Of a DNA stretch of 64,000 nucleotides, positions 26,514 through 34,216 are shown in pieces. Every line of letters starts with the position of its first letter. Position 1 is the first letter of the stretch. The notes beneath the pieces are model-generated. The model did no database searches. It worked only from the letters and a program-made list of their open reading frames with translations, and had not been told where the DNA came from. The translations under genes were made by a program, and so were the position numbers. Source of the stretch: a virus (lineage: Duplodnaviria; Caudoviricetes); the IMG/VR virus record IMGVR_UViG_3300033417_000006, positions 4,281-68,280 of that record; one strand, given 5' to 3'.

Positions 26514-27037
26514 TTATGATTACACGAAGGAAAGCTTTGGTGTTGACGGTAGCCGGGGTGGCCATGGCCGGCTGTAAAACGTTCGTCCACCCATGGACCT
26601 ACGACAAGTTCACTGGCAAAACCATCACCAGGGGCCAGATGCATGAAGGCTTGAAACTCCACGGTATCACCGCGGCCTTGGACGGGTCTCAGGATGACGT
26701 GTTCTCGCAAATGTCCCTGCCGTGGATAGCGCAACGGATCAATACCATCGGCAACAACTATCACGGCGCGGATTGCCTTTGGATCGCCAACCATTACCGC
26801 GCAAAGCATCAGCCGGGGGCCGTGGGTTCGTTGTTCGGCGTCGTCACGAAGGAATTCGCGCGCGGGTTGACCGGCAAAGCCGTGGGGAAAGGCCATGCGC
26901 TCAACGTGTATTGGACTGACGCCGGGGTCCGGGCCGTCGATTGGGGGTTCAGCCTGATCTGGACCATGGAAGATTTACTGGCTTATATCACGTTCGAACC
27001 GGGAGCTACGAAGGCGTATTCAAGCGCCCTGGTATGA
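26510..27037 (+). CDS. Putative Tat/lipoprotein with a papain/transglutaminase-like Cys-His-Asp core
   Basis: TRRKALVLTVAGVAMAGC signal; ADCLW...GHALNVYWTD...AVD. Confidence 0.55.
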   Translation: MIMITRRKALVLTVAGVAMAGCKTFVHPWTYDKFTGKTITRGQMHEGLKLHGITAALDGSQDDVFSQMSLPWIAQRINTIGNNYHGADCLWIANHYRAKHQPGAVGSLFGVVTKEFARGLTGKAVGKGHALNVYWTDAGVRAVDWGFSLIWTMEDLLAYITFEPGATKAYSSALV

Positions 27038-27237
27038 GGACAATAACGGTGGAGATCAGCGATGCCATGTATGAGGCTGCAAAGCGTATGAACAAGGTGA
27101 TGCCAGCCCGCTTCTTGGACGGCAAACCCATGGACTTGTCGCCCGAGGATTACATACGGAACCGCATCCAACATTTATGCCGTGGGTTCGTCGCGTTCCA
27201 TGGCATGAAGGAGACGGAGCATTGCATCCACGATTAA
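27034..27237 (+). CDS. Small ribbon-helix-helix-like protein
   Basis: MRTITVEISDAMYEAAK; ATGA coupling. Confidence 0.45.
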   Translation: MRTITVEISDAMYEAAKRMNKVMPARFLDGKPMDLSPEDYIRNRIQHLCRGFVAFHGMKETEHCIHD

Positions 27238-27241
27238 AGCC

Positions 27242-27688
27242 ATGGTAGTGCCTATCAGCGGGACGGTGACGGCGCAGCAAGGGGGAAGCTCGAACCCTTG
27301 GACAACGAATCTTAAGAGCATCAATGGCACCATCATATCGGATTCCAGTGTGCCGGTTAAAGGGGTTTCAGCGACTCGCGCCGATACATATACCGTGCCT
27401 GCAGACGGTGTTACCGTGAATGTCAGCACAAAACCGGTGAAATGCCACGCCATACAGGTGAAGGGCACCGGGGCGGTTGCGGATGCCTGGGATGTGCGAT
27501 TGGAAGGGAGCCTTGACAACGTGAATTTCACCCAGATATTGCAGCACATCAACGGGACCAATACGGATGGCGAAGTCGTGTTCTCTGGGGCTGCCCTGGC
27601 GCCGAGCCTCTATTTTCGGAGCCGAGTCGAGACAATAACACTTGGCAGCGCCACGAATGTCGTGGTAACAGTACTTGGAACCGAGTGA
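27242..27688 (+). CDS. Putative virion structural protein
   Basis: Beta-rich; WDVRLEGSLDNVNFT motif. Confidence 0.5.
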   Translation: MVVPISGTVTAQQGGSSNPWTTNLKSINGTIISDSSVPVKGVSATRADTYTVPADGVTVNVSTKPVKCHAIQVKGTGAVADAWDVRLEGSLDNVNFTQILQHINGTNTDGEVVFSGAALAPSLYFRSRVETITLGSATNVVVTVLGTE

Positions 27689-27692
27689 ACTT

Positions 27693-28088
27693 ATGCAAAT
27701 CGAACAATCCCATATTGGAAACCTGCTTGCCGCTCACACCGCCCTTGACGCCATCAAGGAGGACAAAACGCCGCGCTACGATTTCACGCCGAAAGTGGAT
27801 TGGAGCATAAGCAAGAACATCCGGGTTCTCGCCAAGGAAAACGAGCGCATCGAGGAGTTGCGCCAAGACTTGGTGCGAAAACATGGGTTGCGTAAATTCA
27901 AGGAACCCGAGAAAGAAGCCGTGTATGACGTTTTCTTGGTGGAATGGCGGGCGGCAATGCAGGGAGAATTGGACTTGCCACTGTTGCACTTCATCAAATC
28001 CGATTTCAGGTTGAGCAACAACAAAATACCGAGGGGCGTCCTAGCCACGTTGGCGCCCTTGATCGACGATTTTGAAAGTGATGAGTGA
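27693..28088 (+). CDS. Hypothetical protein, tail-fibre assembly/chaperone-like
   Basis: KNIRVLAKENERIEELRQDLVRKHG...LATLAPLI. Confidence 0.5.
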   Translation: MQIEQSHIGNLLAAHTALDAIKEDKTPRYDFTPKVDWSISKNIRVLAKENERIEELRQDLVRKHGLRKFKEPEKEAVYDVFLVEWRAAMQGELDLPLLHFIKSDFRLSNNKIPRGVLATLAPLIDDFESDE

Positions 28089-28344
28089 GCCTAGCGAACC
28101 GAAAACCAGGGCTGACGGCGGGATGACTGATTTTATTCGACGCCCGAGTTTCGGAAAGGCCGTTAATCTCATGGCGTTGATTGCCGGACTCTCGGGATTC
28201 ATGGGCGCTTGGTTCATAATCCCGTATAAGATCGAGCAATTGGAACAGCGGGTGTCCGTTTTGAGTTCAGACCATGACCTATTGATCGAATTGAGAGAAC
28301 GATGCAAGTCAATCGAACGAAAAGTGGACCGGATCGCGCCTTAG
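28081..28344 (+). CDS. Membrane protein (1 TM + coiled coil), holin-like
   Basis: LMALIAGLSGFMGAWFII followed by IEQLEQRVSVL. Confidence 0.5.
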   Translation: MSEPSEPKTRADGGMTDFIRRPSFGKAVNLMALIAGLSGFMGAWFIIPYKIEQLEQRVSVLSSDHDLLIELRERCKSIERKVDRIAP

Positions 28345-28346
28345 CC

Positions 28347-28529
28347 GTGGCGGGGTTGCTGCTCTGGTTCGTCTGCGTCTGGACGGCGTGCAAAACCTTT
28401 GGTGTCAAATCCGTTGACCCTACTCCTGCCGACCCATTGACGAGAGAAGAACTTATGCAGGATATTGAAAGGCTAATGGATGAGTCCGAACAGAAAATCG
28501 ACGAGATCATTCAACACAGGACAAAATAA
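28347..28529 (+). CDS. Small exported/lipoprotein-like protein
   Basis: Hydrophobic N-terminus ending WTAC; helical acidic tail. Confidence 0.4.
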   Translation: MAGLLLWFVCVWTACKTFGVKSVDPTPADPLTREELMQDIERLMDESEQKIDEIIQHRTK

Positions 28530-29215
28530 TGAGGATCAGTATTTCCTTGATCGGGCTGTTGTTGATTATCTTTGCCAGTGGTTGTCTCGGGTTAAAGCCG
28601 TTGAAACCAGGGAAGGCATCGCTTGGGCCGGGAAGCCCGGAGTTCACACAGTCCGAAAACCCGCAGGCCCCGTCCGAAGCCAGTCATGAGTCATCGACGC
28701 AAACTCAGAGATCGTTCCCGCCGGGAACCACGGTCACGGAAACCACGAAAGAAACTGGCAAAGATGGCGTTGAACGAATCTCTGGACTCCGAGTTTACCA
28801 GGTTCCATCCGCATTCGACGAACTGGAAAAACGATTAGACAAAAAGACGGTGAGCATAGGGGCCGCGCAGAAAGATTTGAGCCGTGAAGTCGCGGCGAAG
28901 CTCAAGGCGATGCAACCCGCGATATGGATTGGGCTGGCGCTAATTTTGGGGTCCCTGTTCTTATTCTGGAAAGGGTGGATAACACCGGGCTTGATAGCCG
29001 CTGGGGGCGGTATTGGGCTGATGTTATTCGCGAATCTGATAGCGAGCCATACCGTGCTGTTGCTCGTTTTAGCCTTGATAGGGCTGGCGATTTACATTGT
29101 GTTCTGGTCCTACAACAAGGGTTCGCTTGATCGAATCCTGCCAGATGCACTCGACAAGAACCCGCCCAAATCTGCCATTGACGGTGGGTTGTCGAAGCCA
29201 GTTGACAAAACCTGA
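28529..29215 (+). CDS. Lipoprotein with C-terminal TM helices (unimolecular spanin-like)
   Basis: Lipobox ASGC at residue 19; hydrophobic helices near the C-terminus. Confidence 0.55.
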   Translation: MRISISLIGLLLIIFASGCLGLKPLKPGKASLGPGSPEFTQSENPQAPSEASHESSTQTQRSFPPGTTVTETTKETGKDGVERISGLRVYQVPSAFDELEKRLDKKTVSIGAAQKDLSREVAAKLKAMQPAIWIGLALILGSLFLFWKGWITPGLIAAGGGIGLMLFANLIASHTVLLLVLALIGLAIYIVFWSYNKGSLDRILPDALDKNPPKSAIDGGLSKPVDKT

Positions 29216-29237
29216 TTTAGTGACTATAGTCAAATGA
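29202..29237 (+). promoter_or_regulatory. Hybrid leaderless promoter of tnpB
   Basis: TTGACA-N17-TATAGT-N7-ATG; palindrome TGACTATAGTCA over the -10. Confidence 0.75.
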
Positions 29238-30378
29238 ATGATAACCTACGAGTTCAAGTTGAGACCGAACAAGGCCCAAGAAGCGGCTTTATGGCTTCAA
29301 CTACAACTCACGCGAGAGCTTTACAACACCGCGTTGCAAGACCTAATCGCGCATTACAAGGAAACCGGCAAGCACTTGAACTTATTCACGCAAGACAAGG
29401 CGCACAACAAAGCGACGCACCCGCAAATGCCAGCCGCTCTTGTGGACACGACACTCAAGCGATTGCATCTGTCGTTCGCGCACTTCTTCCGGCGTTGCAA
29501 GGAAGGAGCGCGAAAGAAAGGTTTCCCGAGATTCAAACCAGCAAATCGTTGGCACTCTTTGCATTTTCGGGATGCTGCCGGCAATGGAATTTCGGATTGT
29601 TATTTCAAGGCAGGGAAAATTCTCGGGGGACGCATTCGATTCAACCGGCACCGGGATATAAAAGGTGTCATCAAGTTCTGCCGGGTGCTACGAAAGCCGA
29701 GCGGCTGGATTTTGCAAGTGGTATGCGAAACGAAGTTGGAGCCGTTGCCGAAGACCGGCAAGAGCATTGGGCTGGATTTCGGCGTCAGGCATCTGGTGAC
29801 AGACAGCAACGGCGGCAAGGTGGGGAATCCGAACCATCTCAAGAAATCATTGCGCCGGTTGCGAGTGGCACAACGGCGGATTGCACGCCGCAACAAAGGC
29901 AGCAATCGTCGGAAGAAAGCGTGCCGAGTGGCTGCGCGGATTCACGAACGGATTGGAAACCAGCGGCGCGACTACTTGCACAAGACGGCAAGGCATTACG
30001 TCAACGGTTACGACACTATCTGTGTCGAAAATTTGAACGTGTCGGGGATGGTCAAAAACCATCACCTTGCGCGGGCAATCACAGACGCATCATGGACGAT
30101 GCTGCGACGGTTCATCGAGGCCAAGGCTGCAAGTGCCGGGCGCACGGTGATCGCGGTGCCTCCGCATTGGACATCCCAAAAGTGTTCATCGTGCGGGGAA
30201 ATCGTACAGAAGGCGTTGAGCGTGCGAACGCACGTTTGTCTGCACTGTGGTTACTCGGACTGCCGAGACACCAATGCGGCAAAGAACATTTTAAGGCTGG
30301 GATGCAGCCTTCAGGGAGAGGTTGCAATAGCGACCTCGTTGAACTGATAAACATCGGATTTATCCGATGAGCAATCAC
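29207..30378 (+). mobile_element. IS200/IS605-family solo tnpB element (no tnpA)
   Basis: Preceded by TTGAC; subterminal hairpin CATCGGAT-TT-ATCCGATG (30352-30369); ends TCAC; removing it restores an in-frame end to the upstream gene. Confidence 0.8.
29238..30347 (+). CDS. tnpB: RNA-guided endonuclease TnpB
   Basis: N-terminal YEFKLRPNKAQ; RuvC GLDFG / VENL / RDTNAAKN; zinc finger CSSC...CLHC. Confidence 0.95.
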   Translation: MITYEFKLRPNKAQEAALWLQLQLTRELYNTALQDLIAHYKETGKHLNLFTQDKAHNKATHPQMPAALVDTTLKRLHLSFAHFFRRCKEGARKKGFPRFKPANRWHSLHFRDAAGNGISDCYFKAGKILGGRIRFNRHRDIKGVIKFCRVLRKPSGWILQVVCETKLEPLPKTGKSIGLDFGVRHLVTDSNGGKVGNPNHLKKSLRRLRVAQRRIARRNKGSNRRKKACRVAARIHERIGNQRRDYLHKTARHYVNGYDTICVENLNVSGMVKNHHLARAITDASWTMLRRFIEAKAASAGRTVIAVPPHWTSQKCSSCGEIVQKALSVRTHVCLHCGYSDCRDTNAAKNILRLGCSLQGEVAIATSLN

Positions 30379-30398
30379 AAAAACCCGAAACCAAAGGA
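30200..30398 (+). ncRNA. Predicted TnpB omega/reRNA with guide 30379-30398 (5' end approximate)
   Basis: Established for TnpB: scaffold overlaps the gene 3' end and right end, guide is the right flank; hairpin seen at 30352-30369. Confidence 0.55.
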
Positions 30399-30404
30399 TT
30401 GATT

Positions 30405-30578
30405 ATGATACTCGACTTAGTTGGAACCGCCCTGATCGTTTGGGCCGCAATTCTCTTTAACAGTTTTGCAGTCAAACAAGCTGGCAAATACGTGACGAAA
30501 AAGGAGTGGTGGAACATAACCATTCTCGGCGCTGTCACGGCTGCCATAACAGCCTTGATATTTCACGCATTGCGATGA
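30405..30578 (+). CDS. 57-aa two-TM membrane protein, holin-like (below the ORF-track cutoff)
   Basis: My translation: MILDLVGTALIVWAAILFNSFAVKQAGKYVTKKEWWNITILGAVTAAITALIFHALR; ATGA coupling to the next gene. Confidence 0.55.
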   Translation: MILDLVGTALIVWAAILFNSFAVKQAGKYVTKKEWWNITILGAVTAAITALIFHALR

Positions 30579-30970
30579 TAACAGGTTTGCGAACAATACC
30601 GGGGCGCGCCAGTGAAAGGGTTAAAGCCCTGCATCGCCATGCCGCGGTGGGTGATCAATCGACGAGCCAGATGATCGGCGCACTTGTTACCGCTGGCAAA
30701 ACGCTTTACGTCACCAACATCGTTATTTCTGCGTTCAATGTAAACACGGCCTCCAGGGCCGTGTTTAACGTCCTGGATGGCGATGGCGGCACGTTGCAGT
30801 TGCCTATGCTCCTGTCGGCTGCATCCGCGATTGGCGGTGGAACATCTGCCGCGCCGCCAACTGTGTTCGGCATGGAGACCGAACCGTTGCCGTTCACGAT
30901 CGGGTTTTGGGTGCAGATTGTTGTCGGCACGCTAACGTATAGCGCGTTGTGGATTGGGTACGAGGTTTAG
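30575..30970 (+). CDS. Putative structural protein
   Basis: Beta-rich: VTAGKTLYVTNIVIS. Confidence 0.5.
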   Translation: MITGLRTIPGRASERVKALHRHAAVGDQSTSQMIGALVTAGKTLYVTNIVISAFNVNTASRAVFNVLDGDGGTLQLPMLLSAASAIGGGTSAAPPTVFGMETEPLPFTIGFWVQIVVGTLTYSALWIGYEV

Positions 30971-31338
30971 CTGGCAGGCGCCGTTGGCTTAATCTCCTGA
31001 CCTGACGCGGCAAGGGCAGCCTTGGCTGCTCGCATTCGCGCTTTTTCCTCACTCAAAAGCTTCGCCCATCGCTCCATCTCTTGCCTGGTCCATTTACGAA
31101 GACCCGTTTCGTATTCCCGGACGTAACGCGGTTTGACTCCAAGTTTCCAAGCCATCCATCTCCGTCCCCTGGATGTCCTGTGTCTGGCCTTTTTCATAGT
31201 CAACCCAATTACTGCATCCGACATTGCGTATGGCTTTAGCATTCTACCCTTCCTGGCCTTGCGCGAGCAGCACGCGGCCACTAGCGATTTTCCTTCGCCT
31301 TTTTGTTCTGGCGCAGCCGCGTCATCTGATCGCATCAC
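30967..31338 (-). CDS. HTH (XRE/Cro-like) protein; true start may be internal
   Basis: RRWMAWKLGVKPRYVREYETGLRKW. Confidence 0.55.
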   Translation of the reverse strand: MMRSDDAAAPEQKGEGKSLVAACCSRKARKGRMLKPYAMSDAVIGLTMKKARHRTSRGRRWMAWKLGVKPRYVREYETGLRKWTRQEMERWAKLLSEEKARMRAAKAALAASGQEIKPTAPAS

Positions 31339-31416
31339 CCTCGGAGTCTGACCTCGGCTCCCTCTATCGCCCCCGAGCCATCCCCGATGCCATCTAAAGC
31401 AGAGCTTAGCTTACGA

Positions 31417-32001
31417 CTAACGCCAGACCGTTGATTTCCACAGGATTTTGTTGGCCCAGATTTTTTCTTGGCCCCGCGCATCCCTCCTGGCCGGGATCAG
31501 CCAGCTTTCGCGTTTCACATTCCTCGCCGCCGTGCGCACGGAGTTGTAGCGGTGCCTGAACAATGCAGGCAATGAGAATAGGAATGTGGCCACTTGCAAC
31601 TTGCGTTGCAACGTCCGGTTGTGAATTAGGCCGCGCCGCCCCCAAGGCTCTCGCCATTGGTCGTAATCGCCGCGACTCGCACTCGCCCCATGCCAGCCAG
31701 TACATGAAGCTGCTAGGTGAGACCATCCTGTGAAGATGCTCCCTGCCGATTTGTTGGCATTGGTCGGGAGCAGACCGTTGGAACGACAAAAATAATGCCG
31801 GGGATCGATGTCGCTCCATGCAATGCAAAACTCTGTGGTGGAGAAGGTGCGGGCGCCCGGCTCGTTTGCCACACCGATCAAATTGTTTACAGGATTTTGC
31901 ATTACGCCAATAGACTTGCGCATCCATCGTAAATTCGTCAACACTTTTTTTGCGTTGCGGTTGGCCCGTTTTCGGGCTAAGAATTCTGCCGTGAGGACCA
32001 T
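31417..32001 (-). CDS. Hypothetical protein
   Basis: 194-codon frame with a basic N-terminus. Confidence 0.5.
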   Translation of the reverse strand: MVLTAEFLARKRANRNAKKVLTNLRWMRKSIGVMQNPVNNLIGVANEPGARTFSTTEFCIAWSDIDPRHYFCRSNGLLPTNANKSAGSIFTGWSHLAASCTGWHGASASRGDYDQWREPWGRRGLIHNRTLQRKLQVATFLFSLPALFRHRYNSVRTAARNVKRESWLIPARRDARGQEKIWANKILWKSTVWR

Positions 32002-32326
32002 TTTGGCTGCCGCGAATTTGATACCGCCGTGTTTATGCCGATTGGTGGCCCGGCAGAATCATGGGTCCAGGGGGATAACCCATGCCGAATTGGCGCGGCG
32101 CTCCGGGTTATCGAAGTCCAAGGTTATGGACCTCTCATTCCGAACGTCGTGGGATGGCGTTTCCATTGATGTCCTGCAAAGGTTTGCCCTGGCCTGTGGG
32201 GTCAATCACATGCAGACAAGGCGCACCCTGGAATACCTGCGGCGCCGCAAGATGATGCATGTCCGGCAGGCCCCACCGGCGAGCCGCAGGTTCTACGCGC
32301 GGTTATTCGAGCTGGTCAAACACTGA
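31991..32326 (+). CDS. HTH (XRE-like) regulator
   Basis: ITHAELARRSGLSKSKVMDL. Confidence 0.65.
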   Translation: MRTILAAANLIPPCLCRLVARQNHGSRGITHAELARRSGLSKSKVMDLSFRTSWDGVSIDVLQRFALACGVNHMQTRRTLEYLRRRKMMHVRQAPPASRRFYARLFELVKH

Positions 32327-33887
32327 CGAGGTTTGGGCTGTGTTCCGTGGCGTCTGGGCGGTGCATTTCCTCCTCTAATTCATACACGGATTCCATGTAA
32401 ATGGGGTAAGACATGGCATCGAAGACATGGCGTAAATGCTTGTTGTTCATGACGTATTCCTTGCCTTCGCCCTTTCGGATTTCCTCAAACATTTGAATGG
32501 TTTTCTCGCAGCGCGACGATACGAAAAGCCGTTTCTGACGCAGCAATTTACGGATCAACCTGACTCTGGCCTGAACTGAATCCATGGGTTTAGCCACGCC
32601 TTCGAGCCTGATTTTGCCATGGGACGCCGCCATGACCTCCATGTAATCGTAACTTGCGCTTGATGGTCGCCAGACATTGAGGGCTGAATCATCGGACCAA
32701 TGTTGCCAGTCGAATGCGCGATTATAGATTTTCTCCAATTGCCTTTGTTTTTCCAGGAATTCCTCGGTGATTTCGCCGATGCTTTTCTGTTCGCCAATGG
32801 AATAAACCTCATCGAGAACGGACCAGCAAGCCGCCATGGCGCCTTGCCTGATGATGCGTTTATCCAAAAACACGATGGCATGATTGACGAAACCAAGGTC
32901 CCAACCTGAGAAAAGTGTTGTGGTCGATGGCGATACGTCTATCTGATCGCCTTCACCGGGTTGACCCCCGATAACGTGGGTGTTGCGGCTGAATAAATCC
33001 GAGAAATGCCGATCAGCCCTGACGCTGGTATCGCTATGAATGCCAAGGACATGGGATTCGTAGAGGGCGCGGTCGTCGGCGCACAAGGATTCCAATTCTT
33101 TGGCGCGCCGAGGGTTAATGCGAGGATTATCCTTCATGAACATCTCGATTAGGCCCAGGTCGGCTTGGAACTCCGGGTCGGGATGATCCTTTTGGACTCG
33201 TTCCTCATACCAGAGTTTGTAGAACCATGATTTGTTGCCTTCATCTTCATCGGGGTTGGTGTCGGCAAGCCACTGATGGTAGATGTCGGGTTCATTGTTC
33301 TTGGGTTCCAAGTGAGGCATACGAAGGCAGGGCAGGGAATAAATGAGGACTTTGCGGGTCTTGAACAGGCTCAATTCGGAGAAGAAAACCATGCTGAACC
33401 GTTTCCCCTTGAGCTTGGCGGCGACTTCATCATCGTTGTCGATTGAGAATAGTTCGGCCCTCGAATCGCCACCGTAATAGTTGCGAACCGTGAAATAGAC
33501 GGTTCGAGTTTGAGGGTCCTGTTTGGTTCCCGGTGTGCCTCTGGCATCAATGCTGGTGAAGTTGAACCCGATGTCGGCATTGATCCATTCCGGGATGGCG
33601 TAGGTGAGGAGATCGTTCCACGTCCCGGAATCCTTGGCGAGTTTGATGGTTTTGGCCACGAAAGCCACTCGGGCGCCAGGCGTCTCGAATAAATGTCGGC
33701 AAATTCTGTGCACGCAGATCCATGTTTTTGCGGCGAGCCTGGAGCCGGAAACGAGAAGGATGCGGGAACGGGAATTGAAAACATCCCATTGTTTGCCAAA
33801 AAGGTCGGGTTGCCACGGTTCAGCGTCTTTACGATGTTCTTCCGGGACGAGCTTGGCGGATTGCTGGATACGCTTGGGTCTAGCCAC
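32316..33887 (-). CDS. terL: Terminase large subunit
   Basis: SGSRLAAKT (Walker A variant), MVFFSEL (Walker B variant), ADTNP, SGWDLG, SDDSA, HVFDAMSY. Confidence 0.85.
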   Translation of the reverse strand: MARPKRIQQSAKLVPEEHRKDAEPWQPDLFGKQWDVFNSRSRILLVSGSRLAAKTWICVHRICRHLFETPGARVAFVAKTIKLAKDSGTWNDLLTYAIPEWINADIGFNFTSIDARGTPGTKQDPQTRTVYFTVRNYYGGDSRAELFSIDNDDEVAAKLKGKRFSMVFFSELSLFKTRKVLIYSLPCLRMPHLEPKNNEPDIYHQWLADTNPDEDEGNKSWFYKLWYEERVQKDHPDPEFQADLGLIEMFMKDNPRINPRRAKELESLCADDRALYESHVLGIHSDTSVRADRHFSDLFSRNTHVIGGQPGEGDQIDVSPSTTTLFSGWDLGFVNHAIVFLDKRIIRQGAMAACWSVLDEVYSIGEQKSIGEITEEFLEKQRQLEKIYNRAFDWQHWSDDSALNVWRPSSASYDYMEVMAASHGKIRLEGVAKPMDSVQARVRLIRKLLRQKRLFVSSRCEKTIQMFEEIRKGEGKEYVMNNKHLRHVFDAMSYPIYMESVYELEEEMHRPDATEHSPNLVSV

Positions 33888-33936
33888 GAGACAATTCTAG
33901 TTTGCAAAGTGGAAAAAGCAACGATAGGATGTGGCC
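33888..33936. promoter_or_regulatory. Overlapping divergent leaderless promoters (terL leftward, head operon rightward)
   Basis: Minus strand: TTGCTT-N16-TAGAAT-N6-GTG(33887). Plus strand: TTGCAA-N17-TAGGAT-N6-ATG(33937). Confidence 0.7.
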
Positions 33937-34215
33937 ATGGACAAACTCTTGATAACGCCGGAAACGGCTGCCGAGAAACTTGCGGACTGCAAGGTTGGTG
34001 ACACCAAGGAAATCACGATGACCGTAAAGGTCACGAGATTCGATGATACCTGGTTCGAGGCCGATGTAACGAGCGTGGACTACGTGGAGCCAAGCGAAGG
34101 CCCAGGAGAAGGCGAAGCGGAGGCCGCTGAACCAATTGAGACCGCTGGTGAAGCCGAGCAAACGAGTCCGAGAAGGCCGGCGGCGGTTATTGCCGTTCTT
34201 GGCAAGGGCAAGTAA
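33937..34215 (+). CDS. Small acidic protein
   Basis: Directly upstream of the portal; acidic composition. Confidence 0.6.
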   Translation: MDKLLITPETAAEKLADCKVGDTKEITMTVKVTRFDDTWFEADVTSVDYVEPSEGPGEGEAEAAEPIETAGEAEQTSPRRPAAVIAVLGKGK

Positions 34216-34216
34216 A

